This document shows positions 13,149 to 24,006 of a stretch of DNA of 64,000 nt, piece after piece (positions within the stretch are counted from its first letter, which is position 1; each line of letters begins with the position of its first letter). The notes below the pieces were generated by a model. That model did not search any database, was not told the origin of the DNA, and saw only the letters and a program-made list of their open reading frames with translations. The position numbers and the translations under genes were made by a program. Source of the DNA: Enoplolaimus lenunculus (Eukaryota); NCBI GenBank assembly GCA_030248215.1, contig JASANG010001276.1:62001-126000 (forward strand), in the 5' to 3' direction.

Positions 13149-15351
13149 GAACTGATCGTACGGATTATTTAATATAGTCTCAGTTTAAGATTTATGGGAT
13201 ACAATGCGAACAATTATCATCGCGATCGTTGGGGAATGGGACCTAGCGTGTCCGGCTATCGAGGAGGGTGGGCTGGACGGGGTGGCTTTTATCGCGGAGG
13301 TCGAGGTTCGTGTCAGCAATATTGCATATAATCGTTTTACCTCAAAGCTATAATATCCTGTTCAGTTTTGACTTTGGATATCTTTAGTTTTAGCACGTTT
13401 GTTTGCAGGTTAAAATGTGTAAGCCGTAACATGTGACAATTCTTGCTGCATACTGTAGTGACCCGAATTAGAGGAGGACTCCCTGTTATTCGGTTACCGA
13501 CTGTTATTCATTTTTAACCCACCTTTTGTTACTGATTTATATCCGATATTGCAACTATCCGTTGAATTAAACGTTTGTTTGTTTTGTATCAAAACCTTTA
13601 GTGAAATGCAAGGTTATACTTAAGAATGCACTTTCAAAACTGAAGTATGCGTTAAAGTTTCGCGCTCAACTTTAAAAGTTGTTGCCTGATAGAAAGCAAT
13701 TATTTAACGAAATGCAAAAAGCTCAATTGTTTAATTTTTAATGCAATGTAATGTTTATAGGTGGGCGAAATACTTTAAAAATTCCAAGCGAAGATTTCGA
13801 TTTCGAACAAGCAAATAAAAAATGGGAAGAAACGTTGAAGGAGACTGGAGAAGATTTGGAGAAATTGAAAATCTCAGCAACAAAAGGTGTTTCTTGTATT
13901 GATTCTATCCATTCATCATGCTATAATATTTCATTTGCACGTGTGAACGCATATGCAAGTCGCTTGAAATTCTTGCTCCTGCATTTTGATATAATTCGAA
14001 AATTGTGTTGCTGAGCGCTTCTTGAATAGATTCAGAATTTGAATTTATTCTAGAAGCTCGAATTAATTCGAATATCAAATTTGTTTGACATTTCGCAGAC
14101 AGAAATTGTTTTGGTCTGAAAGAGTTTTAATTAAAGAAATTTCGATTAAAATCTTGTTTGCGAGTGTATGTTCCTTTCAGCTGCAATCCATTCATGATAA
14201 ATGTACGCCAAGAATTAGTTCATAGCTGTGAGCTGGGTAGCAACAAAGGTTCGGATTCGGATTCGGCAAAAATTTGTGGTTTCGATTCGATTGAAAAAGC
14301 CGAATCCAACAATGTTCGACAATATGTTGTTTCATTTTTAAGCAATAAATGTTTTAAATTGATTGTTGTACACATCAATATTTTCCGTTTCAGATAAATC
14401 CCCGAACTGAGGTCATGCATGAAATATCTTAACGTTTAAAAGTTATGCGGCTGGAATTACGTTGATATTTTGAAACAAATTATAGATATATCTGAAATTT
14501 GTAACATGCAATATTCGGACTCGGACTCCTCAAATTAGCAATGGATTCGGATTCGGTGCCACTATGGATGCGAGTTGTCCCTGCAAAAGTTTGCATGTGT
14601 GAATACCGCTTATTTGTCTTTGTTAGAAGGTGAAAGCGGTGGTGTAACAAAACCGAATGGTGATTCTGGAAACGAAACACAAGGAACAAACGACACTGAA
14701 GGTTCATGCGGGGAAGACCAAGACCCGACGTTTTACAACAAGTCAACTTCTTTCTTCGATCGCATTTCATGCGAAGCAACCGAACGTGAACAAGGGTATG
14801 TTTCCGTTGTTACAGCCATGCAGCACTTTGTTTTAAGCCGGAGTTAAACACGATAATATTTATTGCAATACTTGGTTATCGAATTGTTTTGAAGACGGTA
14901 ATTACTTTCGCTACATTCCGACACATACTTGATTATTGATGACAGTTACCTTTTATCCGAAATCTTATGTTTTTACTTATATATCATTTTGAGATTAGTT
15001 CCTGGTGGCTTACACCATGAGAACATAATACATTTAAGGTAGCCGATTTATGTAAGCTGTGTCAATATTAGATTTAATGTTTGTGAATAGTAAAGTCACT
15101 GACTTTTTATTTCATGTTTCAGCAAACAAAGTGGAATGTCACGGCGGCATGAGCGACAACTAAACACGGAAACGTTCGGTCAAGCAAGTGTGCAACGCAG
15201 CTATCATCGTGGCCGTGGAATGGGCGGGTATCATCGTGGAACTGGGGGCATGGGCATGCGCGGAGGGGGAATGGGCATTTCTGGTGGAGTAATGGGAAGA
15301 AATAATATGGGAGGGGGTGGTCGTAGTGGTGGCCCATGGCGTACGAATTAA
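5196..15351 (+). CDS. LSM14: LSM14/CAR-1/Scd6/Trailer hitch family P-body RNA-binding protein, 10 exons, 587 aa
   Basis: Exons 5196-5319, 6437-6624, 7029-7062, 7869-8312, 9971-10066, 12097-12334, 13190-13305, 13761-13886, 14627-14795, 15123-15351; all GT-AG and phase-consistent (1764 nt). N-terminal LSm domain ([43 protein letters not shown]...[18 protein letters not shown]), FDF motif (EDFDFEQAN), FFD box (SFFDRISC), TFG box (LNTETFG) and RGG repeats. The internal low-complexity exons are less certain than the domain exons. Confidence 0.93.
12430..12889. mobile_element. TIR element (hAT-like) with internal 31-bp tandem repeat, in an LSM14 intron
   Basis: Perfect 16-bp TIR CTGGGTGCAACGGGAA / TTCCCGTTGCACCCAG; flanks TTATATTG / ATATATAG (6 of 8 match); about 4 copies of CCGGAATTTGAAAAAATTACCGGAAACGGAA. 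Confidence 0.75.
13093..13148. repeat. (ATT)n microsatellite
   Basis: Pure ATT run about 40 nt upstream of the LSM14 exon 7 acceptor. Confidence 0.95.
13453..13680. mobile_element. Truncated copy of the CTGTAGTGACCCGAATAA MITE family
   Basis: Left TIR and internal sequence match the 41086 copy. Confidence 0.7.
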
Positions 15352-18253
15352 AGGTTTCGGCTGGGATCAGGATGAGCATTGTTTTGTTAGAATAACATTT
15401 GAGTAGTTGTGTCGCAACGCAATGCAGTATACTTGATGGCTGATGTGTACGGATATTGCCCTGCTGATGAAGTGATGTACAAAAGTTTTAATGCCGTTTC
15501 AACAAAAATCTTGGATGCGCCTTGGGTCATCAGGTTAGTGTGACGAATTATTTTTATTTAAAGCATGAATAACAATGAAATGGTTTGTGTAATTTAGCCA
15601 GTTCGTTGAGGTCGTTCACATTATCTGCTGCTATTGTTTGACAATATGTCGCGCTAAACTGCGATGTTTAATGTCATTTAACTGCGTTTTCTGATAATTT
15701 GGGTATTGAGAAATTTGTTGCGAGTTTGCCGTGAATGTTTTCTGTGTTCAGATCTTGTTATTCTATTTAAACTATGTTTAAATTTTGTATTTAGGTTGTC
15801 GTCACTTGTTCAAGTATAGCATCTCATTCTACAGCAAGGCTACGTTCTTTTGCAACTCCGGATGGTCAGTCTCACTTGTTCCCAAGCCCATTTTATGTTT
15901 ATGTATTTTATTTCGTTATGTTGGATTAAAACGAAGACGCGTGCCACGACTCAATGCTATCTTGTAGAATATTATGCTTGCATAAAGTAAAAGCTTGATC
16001 GCAGAGGCATTGGGATATTTTTGCAACATCATGTTATATAGTGTAAAACCTGTTCGATGTGCCTGTAAAACGCGCAGTTTGTTTAAAATTTTAACATAGT
16101 TGGCCTTTTAATTAAATTAACGCGAAATGCTTCTGCAGTCTTTGCTAATGTATGTACGCCATTTGAAGCTGTAGCAAATAATGTATTTCATAGTTTTATG
16201 ACGAATAATATGAATTTTTTCATATGTAGCGATAGTGTACTGACAAAATTTAAATTTTTTCGAATGTATACTCGATTGTTTTTTATATCTACGTATTTTG
16301 TGGTAATATCAGTGGGCGAATTTTATCTGCAATATACCTACGATTTTGCATCGGTAAGCCGGTTTCATACAACGGTATCAGTAATAGTAATTTTCAGATT
16401 TTCTGCACAAGCACTTTAAATTTTCTGTGAGTTTAACTTAAAAACAGTAATTATGTAGTGTCGCTGTCACGTTACCATTGGTGCACTCCGCACATTACAG
16501 GTCCCTGCTGCAATAAATTTCAGTCGTTTGTCGGCACACAGTATCAAACAAACCAATCAATTTCAACCAGATTTTAAGCTAGTAATAGACATTGCCACAC
16601 TTTGTCATCAATTTACTCGGATGTTATTTGTTTGGGAAAACAATGGAAAAAGGTGCCCACAACTGTTTAAATTTCCGATCAGGCAGTGCAAATCTCAACG
16701 TTTGCAGTTCAAGCGTGCCGAGTGCCGATTATATCCTGATGCGTTTTTGATCGCTGGTTGCAAAATTTCGCATGCATCTCTAGGAATGAACGTAATGGCG
16801 GTGAGATGTGCATGCATATTTAAATTATTTACAAAACATTGTTTAAGCAATCAGCATGCGCTCTATATTGAACGTCTGGCTTTGAAAATCATGCTGTATC
16901 TACATTCACTATGTTCATAATATGTGCCGATAATTTATATATATACCGTATGCCGCTAAAAGTGGTTATTCTTGATTTTAAATTGATATCTTTTTGAACG
17001 CTTTTGTTATTCTATCTCTTGGTTGTCAAATTTTCGTTCTTCAGAACGTTTTTCGAAATGAAAGCTTCGCCAGGAATAAGTACGTTCAGTGGAGTAAGCT
17101 TAAGCTTTGCACCAGTTTTTTGCTTAGACGTAGGTATACGTTTATCATTTATGCTTAGGTTTAAGAATATAAATGATAAACACAGCGGCACCTAAATATC
17201 AAAGATATACGATACTACATTTTCAGCGGTTTATTTTTTCTTTATAACTATTTAGCGTCGGAGCTTGTGTGCTAAGTCGAGTAACGTAAAAATTGACTCT
17301 GTGCTGTTATAGCACATTTGTGCAGCCAGTTAGTATGCTCCAGTCCGGCAACTTTGCTCAACGGCACCTCGCCACCCACTGCGCCGAAAGTACGGCTACA
17401 GTTTCGGCCGCCAATGGAAGCGTTACTCGTAGTTTCGCTCACTAGAGGCAATACCAATGGTCTGTTGTACGACCTGTTAAGAAGGAAGATTTATTGTTAC
17501 CTTTGCACACAAGTTCTGCCGAAATCGGTGTTTATAAACAACAACATTGGCTAAATGCCTTTTCAACGTCGCAGTGATTTAAGTATTAGGCAATTATACA
17601 ACTAGTAAATTTACTCAGAAAAAGGTACTAACAATTTAACAAGTAAACCATAAGGGTTTTGGAAAGGGACAAGACAGAGTCCAAAGCTATATACATTACT
17701 ATAAAAAACGGTAAATTCTTTGATAGAACGGACAGCGCCAGCTAAACTCAGCATCTTTAATATTGAACAACAATTACCCTTTGGAATATGTACAGCGGTG
17801 AAATAGTAGTCACGGCAGCGCAGTGGCACTTTTAATAACCAATATTTTAGAATAACTCTTGATATATAAATGGCTAATGTTAACACCGAGGTGAAAAGAG
17901 TTCGATTGAAAATTCGGTTTAAAAATCTGAAACTCAAAATTGTACTAAGTTGTATAGGTAGTGGTGATATTTGATTTTCAGGCAAAATATAGCTTGTTTA
18001 ATTGAAGGATTTGTTTTCAACGTTGTTTGGTTTCGTAGCATTCTTTGATGCTTCGACCTTTATTTTTGTTCGCGTGTTCGTTCGTATATATCTTTTATAC
18101 ATTATTGCGTATACGTATCCTAAATTTGTTTTGGTAATGGAGTAAAACTGAGCAGTTGTTTCTGAGTACGAGTTTTAGAGTTTTATGGTCACGGTGAACC
18201 TTTAAAGATCAAGTCTGTCAGGCGCTGGAAGTGGAGGCAGGTATGGGGCACGG

Positions 18254-18751
18254 CCAGGGTGAAACCGGAGATATGCCTCCAGCTCCGGCAGAATATCGGC
18301 CTTAGGAGGGACCTTAGCAGCGGCGCGCGCGGCGTCCAGCGACTGATAAGTCCGGTGTTTAATACTAAGAAAAGCATATGGCCATTTACTAGGGTAAGGA
18401 AGATTGTACACACTAGGTACATAGGTGAGGTGCAGGGAACAACTCGAAGTGGTGCTCCGGCAGACTCGGCCTCCAGTTCCGATAGGATTTTTTCGGTCGC
18501 AAAATTTTGCATAGTTGCCAAATTTATCTAGTTAGCGCGTTTCGTGTTAGTTTTGTCATAATTTTTAGAAGGAAATTTTCGAAATTTCGCAGAAAATTAG
18601 CGTAAAAGCCAAGCAACTTAAAACAACGTATTGCAGATATTGGCTAAAGTTTACTAATTAACCAACATTTTCACAACCTAATTTCGCCTCACCTCCGGCT
18701 CCGGCAAGGTTCGGTTACCTCCAGCTCCGGTATTTTCCACCAATTGCACCC
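18254..18751. mobile_element. CAGGGTG-ended, CCGGAG/CTCCGG-rich element (hAT-like family)
   Basis: Related to 21074-21400 (opposite orientation), 42001-42424 and 42540-42623; ends CAGGGTGAAACC / TTGCACCC. Confidence 0.55.
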
Positions 18752-19487
18752 TTTTTACGGCACGTCCCTCTCCCAATGCCCAGAATTCGTAATTTTTTCG
18801 CAGGATTTATAAAATATATCTGAAAATTTCGCGCCAAAAATTACATTTGCATGAGCATTTATGCTTTTGTTACTTTATCAAGCGTTGTTAATTTGGATGC
18901 ACAGCTCCGGTTCTCTGGTGAAATTTCCCGCTATTTCGTATAAAACCAGTGAAACATTTGTGACTCTGATTTATACAACCAAGAGCGGTAATGTAAAAGT
19001 GTGCAGATTTGATATTTTGGTCATGGTTTCCTGGGTTCGTTCAGTTGACAAACCCTCCTAAAAAGCGTAAGTCCAAGTCCAATTTTAAGCCTACGCGTTG
19101 GCCAAGGCGTAAACCTAACCGTCAGGGTGTGACTAGATAGCAGACATACGTTTCTGGAAAAAATCGGTATTCGTCTGCGTTAGAAATGCGGGAAATTGCG
19201 TTATTCTTTTACGCTCAAAATTAGTTATAAATCACGTATTTATCGCGCAATTTTTCATAAAACGTTTGCTGCAATTTTTGATATGACATAAAATTACAAA
19301 ATTCATTCAAAATCTTAAAAATTACGGTGCATCCGCCATTTTCTTGAAAATTTTAAAGCCCGGTGGATATATATCTGCACGTTTCAGTTATGTTTGCAGA
19401 AAATTAAATTAATTTTGAAACTTTGGCATATGTAAAAAATAAGGGGTGGAACTTTTTCTGCAGGACTGCATTACAGTATAACCTTAA

Positions 19488-19922
19488 CCCTTTTGGCCCA
19501 TGTATGGAACAGGGCCCGGAACAGTAGTTTAAGCATATTCCTAAGCCTAAACCTAAGCCGAAGCCTAATCCTAAACAAAAAAATTAGCCGAAAGCATAAA
19601 CTGACTCTACCATAGCCCCTCCGGAAAACGATCCGACCCTGTTTTATATACTTGCCACCCTTTTTAACATGAATATTTTCTGTTTCATCTGAGACTAATT
19701 CAATACTAGGATTCGAACCTCGGAGACTGTAGTGGAAGGTGGTTACCATCACTACTCGCTCAGCTATAGGAGCTTGACACTTCAACACGAGGGGGCTCTC
19801 ACATCTTGTGAAGAATTTATACTGCATATATGCGGAGCAATAATTATGCAATGTATATATTGTGCAATATTTTACTATACTATTGCGATGAGTGGTTATG
19901 AGGCAACTCTATGTGGGAAGGG
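19488..19922. mobile_element. piggyBac-like MITE with tRNA-like core, interrupted by a telomeric-repeat MITE
   Basis: TTAA-CCCTTTT at the left end and ATGTGGGAAGGG at the right; internal GGATTCGAACC...GCTCAGCTATAGGAGCTTGAC matches the copies at 54590 and 54915. Confidence 0.7.
19495..19656. mobile_element. Telomeric-repeat MITE, type A (Merlin-like)
   Basis: GGCCCATGTATGGAACAGGG TIR, internal CCTAAG repeats, perfect 8-bp TSD ACCCTTTT. Confidence 0.85.
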
Positions 19923-20348
19923 GACCCACCGAAAACAGCCTCGAAACCGTCCCGATCAACCCTGCAAAAAATAGCTGCAGACTGCAGGGATATGCTATTG
20001 CACTCGGAGCCTATTTGCTGTTCCGTGGAGTAACGGACCCCTTTCAGAACATGTGGCGGTATGCCTTGCGATACCAATTATGGATGGGTACCGCGCAGGG
20101 TGGAACTGGAGGTGAAAAATACCAAGACCAGAGCCACAGGTCAACAAAATATGCCACAACCGGAGATCTACAAAATCTGCCAAAGCCGGAGCTGAAGCCA
20201 CTGGCGAGGCAAAACGTTTAATTCGCTAATTTTAATAGCAGATATTTTACATGTGTGGTTAAAAATGTTGGTTTACGCTTTTATTTTCAAAAATTTCCCA
20301 CCATTTTTCTTCGCAATTATTACAAAAGTTATTAACGCCAAACGCATT

Positions 20349-20558
20349 GGCCAATGTAAAGAACAGGGGCGGAACAGTATTATAAGCATATTCGTAAGCC
20401 TAAACCTAAGCGTAAGCGTAAGCCTAAGCGAAAGAATGAGCATATTCCTAAACCTAAGCCAAAGCCTAAAGCCAAGCAAAAAAATAGTCTAAAGTTTTAA
20501 GATTACTCTATTTACAGTCACACAGAAAAACGTTCCGCCGCTAATCTTTACATGGCCC
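20349..20558. mobile_element. Telomeric-repeat MITE, type A
   Basis: GGCCAATGTAAAGAACAGGGGCGGAAC...CTTTACATGGCCC, perfect TSD AACGCATT, internal GCCTAA variants. Confidence 0.88.
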
Positions 20559-21073
20559 AACGCATTAAACAATACAATCTTTGTAAAACTGTATATAAAA
20601 GGTATCGCTACCCAAATTAACGTAACCTCCGGCAGCAATTCTACCGGATTTCGTAAGCGTGGCACTAAAGCTCCAAGTAACTGTTTAAAAATGAGATTTC
20701 CATATATTCAATTTTGAGCGCGAGATTAGTAGAGGAACGCATAAGAATTGTGACTATTCGTTGGGTTTCGAAATTTTGTTTATTGCGTAAACGCACTTTT
20801 ATAGGGGTTTATACGCTACAAAGCAGAACCACAGGAAACGCCACATAAGCAATCGAGCTTATAAATCTTTGAAATTGTACTAAGGACAATTCCAACATAT
20901 ACATTTTCCATCAATTAGCCCTTAGTTCTCAATTACTTTCTCCAGATCCATTCGCTTTAATGCATCGTTAGATTGTGCTAAAAATGACAGCAGATGATAG
21001 CATTTGCTTATAAAACTCCAATTTTTTAGATTTTCAAATTTAGTGATCTGAATTTTGTTCCAAAGTTGTGTGC

Positions 21074-21400
21074 AGGCTGCAACCGGAGGTGAAAAATACC
21101 GGAGCGGGAGCCGGAGCCGGAGATGAGGCGAAATTACGTAGTCAAAAAATGATGGTTAATTAGTTAGTTTTAGCCAATATATGCAATATGTTGTTGAGTT
21201 GTTTCGTTTTACGTTAATTTTCTGCGAAAATTCGGAAATTCTTTTCTTAAAATTGTGACAAAAGTAAAAGGAAATGCGCTAAACAGATAAATTTTGCTAA
21301 ATTATGCAAAACTTTACTACCGAAATTGCCGGAACCTCCGGCAAAAATTCTACAGAAGCCGGAGCCGGAGGCCGATGTTTTGCCGGAGCCGGAGCCGCAC
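21074..21400. mobile_element. CCGGAG-rich element, inverted copy of 18460-18751
   Basis: GAGGCGAAATTA...TGGTTAATTAG...TTTAGCCAATAT...TTTTCTGCGAAA is the reverse complement of sequence at 18580-18690. Confidence 0.6.
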
Positions 21401-22718
21401 ACCACAAAAAATATTTCTGAATTTATTCAGAAAAGTGTTTTCTCTGGCAAATCTGAAAAGTTATTCTGATATTTAAGACAATTTTTCTAAAAATATAACT
21501 GGAAAACGTTTATTTTCAAACTTTATTTCAAAACTTTTCTGAAATCTTTTCTGTTATAACAGAAACACTTTTCAAGAGCATCTTGCTAATAAAATTTCTT
21601 AAATGTAAGAAATTTTTTGTTAAACATCAGAAATATTAATTTGGAGTGTGGAGGCAGACCTACGGTTGTACCCAGTGGTGTAGGTATCAGGCTGTTTGCT
21701 CTTTCTGTTAGCACGGGTAAGTGTGAGTTTGAAAACTTCTTTGTTGCACCAGGTAACTCAAGAAATTAGAACCACACCAGTGCAATTTTAAAACACTAAC
21801 GCTACTACATTATCTGCTTTTCAACAATCTTCGGGTCTTGCAGTGGATTTCTATCCGACAACAATTACCGTCCGTATATCCAGTATGAAAAAATACACCC
21901 CATACATACCTTTCACTAAACAGCAATTCTTTCTTGCAAATGAATTTGTAAAAGCATTTTTGAATCACACAACGATTATTTTAGACTGACAACCGTGAAA
22001 GATTTCTACGACGATTACTGCGTATGGTTCTTACAGAAAATTTCTGATTTATTTTCAGTCGCATAAAACAACAAGAACGCAACCCATGCAGTATCTGCGA
22101 CCTTGAACGAAGCGCTGAAGAAGGTATCAAATATGGTTTCACTCTGTGATGTAAAGGTTAGTTTGTAGCTTCGAAATCAATATAGTTTAATTTCAATTCT
22201 GTATTGATTGTTTTCATAAAATTGTGCAAACTAATACAGCAACGACAACGCAACGGTCCGCAATGTATGCAGTGATTTTAACCATTAAAAACATATCTGA
22301 GATAAAATTTTCTAGTAGCTTGGACGTTTTATAACGAAAGTTGTATATAAATGCAACCATAAGCAGTTTCAAATAGGGATTCAATTTTAATATTGATCAT
22401 GATGATAACAGTAGGCAACATTTCAGATTTCAGCTAAAAGTATTAGAATCGAAATCTAAACATGATTGAAAATATTGAATTGATGATGTCAGAATTTTTT
22501 AGCCTTTTCTAAAACAAGCAATTACTGGCCGGCCGGCTGGTCGGCGGCCGGCCATCCGGCCAATATTTCTGGCCGGCCGGCCGGTTCCTGGCCGTATGCA
22601 CAACACTAATATATATGTATATTACATACATACACATATATATGTATATATAAGTTATATGCCAGTTGTCAATGTTTCACTAACATTTCTCTACGATATT
22701 TTTTTGAAATTTTCAAAT

Positions 22719-23930
22719 TTAGAAATTTACAGATAAATATAGCGCTATTGTGCACAATATCCACGCAATTAAAACAAATGTTGAGCGCGCAGGAACCCCT
22801 GCTGCGTTCATAGTTATTTCAGCGTCTGAAAGTAGATTTGGCGCTACGGTTGTTGTTGAACTGAGCAAATCTCTTATCGGTTCACTTCCGTCATTGATAT
22901 TTTGCTGTTTTTGAGCATTGTTCTGTTGTTCCTGCACCGCTGAATTGTTGTGTTTAAAACTGCTTTGATAATCATTGTTAGTAGAAGAAGTTTGAGTATT
23001 TGGGCGAAACGTGCTGTTAAATACACCAACATTTGAGTTGACGCTAACATTTCCGGTTGCAGTTGTTCGTTCTTGCCAGGTAGAATTTTGCCTTGATTCA
23101 CTGTCAATTTCTGGTTTGCGAGCGACTGAACCAAATACCATAACTGCAGGATAGGTTGCTGATGCTGCAGTTGTCGTGGAATATTGATCCAACTGCTTGT
23201 TCGTAGAACCTTTGACGGTCGAGTTTCCACCACTGCTGAAGTCATTGTTCGACTTTGGTCTGTGATCGCTCAGAGAATTGTTAGTCGTGGCTACTAAGTC
23301 TTTGCCGCGATCAGAATTTAAGGCCATAGCTGATTTCAAGGTAGTACTAGCAGCACCGTGGATTGATAAACTCTGTTGCTGTGAAACCATAGGTTCAGCT
23401 GATGGCGCAACTTTGGGCCAATTTCCAACTTTAACTGAAAACTTAATGTCCGGTGGTTGTTTGGCGACCAAAGGTAAAGGAGTATAGCCAATTAACTTTT
23501 GAGGGGGCAACACATTAGCCGCTAGCGGATAAACGATGGGTTGTTGTACCGGAAACAATTGACGATCATACGACGAGTCGAAACGGTTATTGCTGTGTTG
23601 TCGACGTGGTTGTTCTGTATCGGACGCATCTTGCGGTTTGTTCGCATAATTGATTTCTTTGACTGCGTTAATTTCGAAATCGAACGCTGCTAAAAGGGCC
23701 AAATTAGGATTTGTTTGTTGTTGCAGTGGTTGCCTTTTTTCAGCTGTGTTAAAATATGGAGCACGAGTTTGTTGAGCAACTAGTCGATCAGTAACTGTAG
23801 GCGATATCCTGCGTATTGTTGTAGTGGTTGTAATTGCTGTGTTCGTTGTTGTTGTTGTCGTCGTCGTTGTCGTTGCTGCTGCTGCTGTTGTTGTTGTTGC
23901 TGTTGTTGTTGCTGTTGTTGCTGCTGCTGC

Positions 23931-24006
<76 letters not shown>

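Noticed and set aside
16528..17554. ORFs downstream of LSM14 (130 aa and 78 aa)
   Set aside because: No recognisable motifs, non-ATG starts and no consistent splice chain; more likely 3' UTR or intergenic.
19471..20492. ORFs containing LRLRLRF or LSLSLNL runs (also 25828, 40288, 44125, 58535)
   Set aside because: Translations of TTAGGC/GCCTAA arrays within MITEs.
22526..22593. GGCCGGCC-rich palindromic patch 3' of the hyaluronidase
   Set aside because: Looks like a small repeat-element fragment; there is no second copy in the window and no evidence of function.
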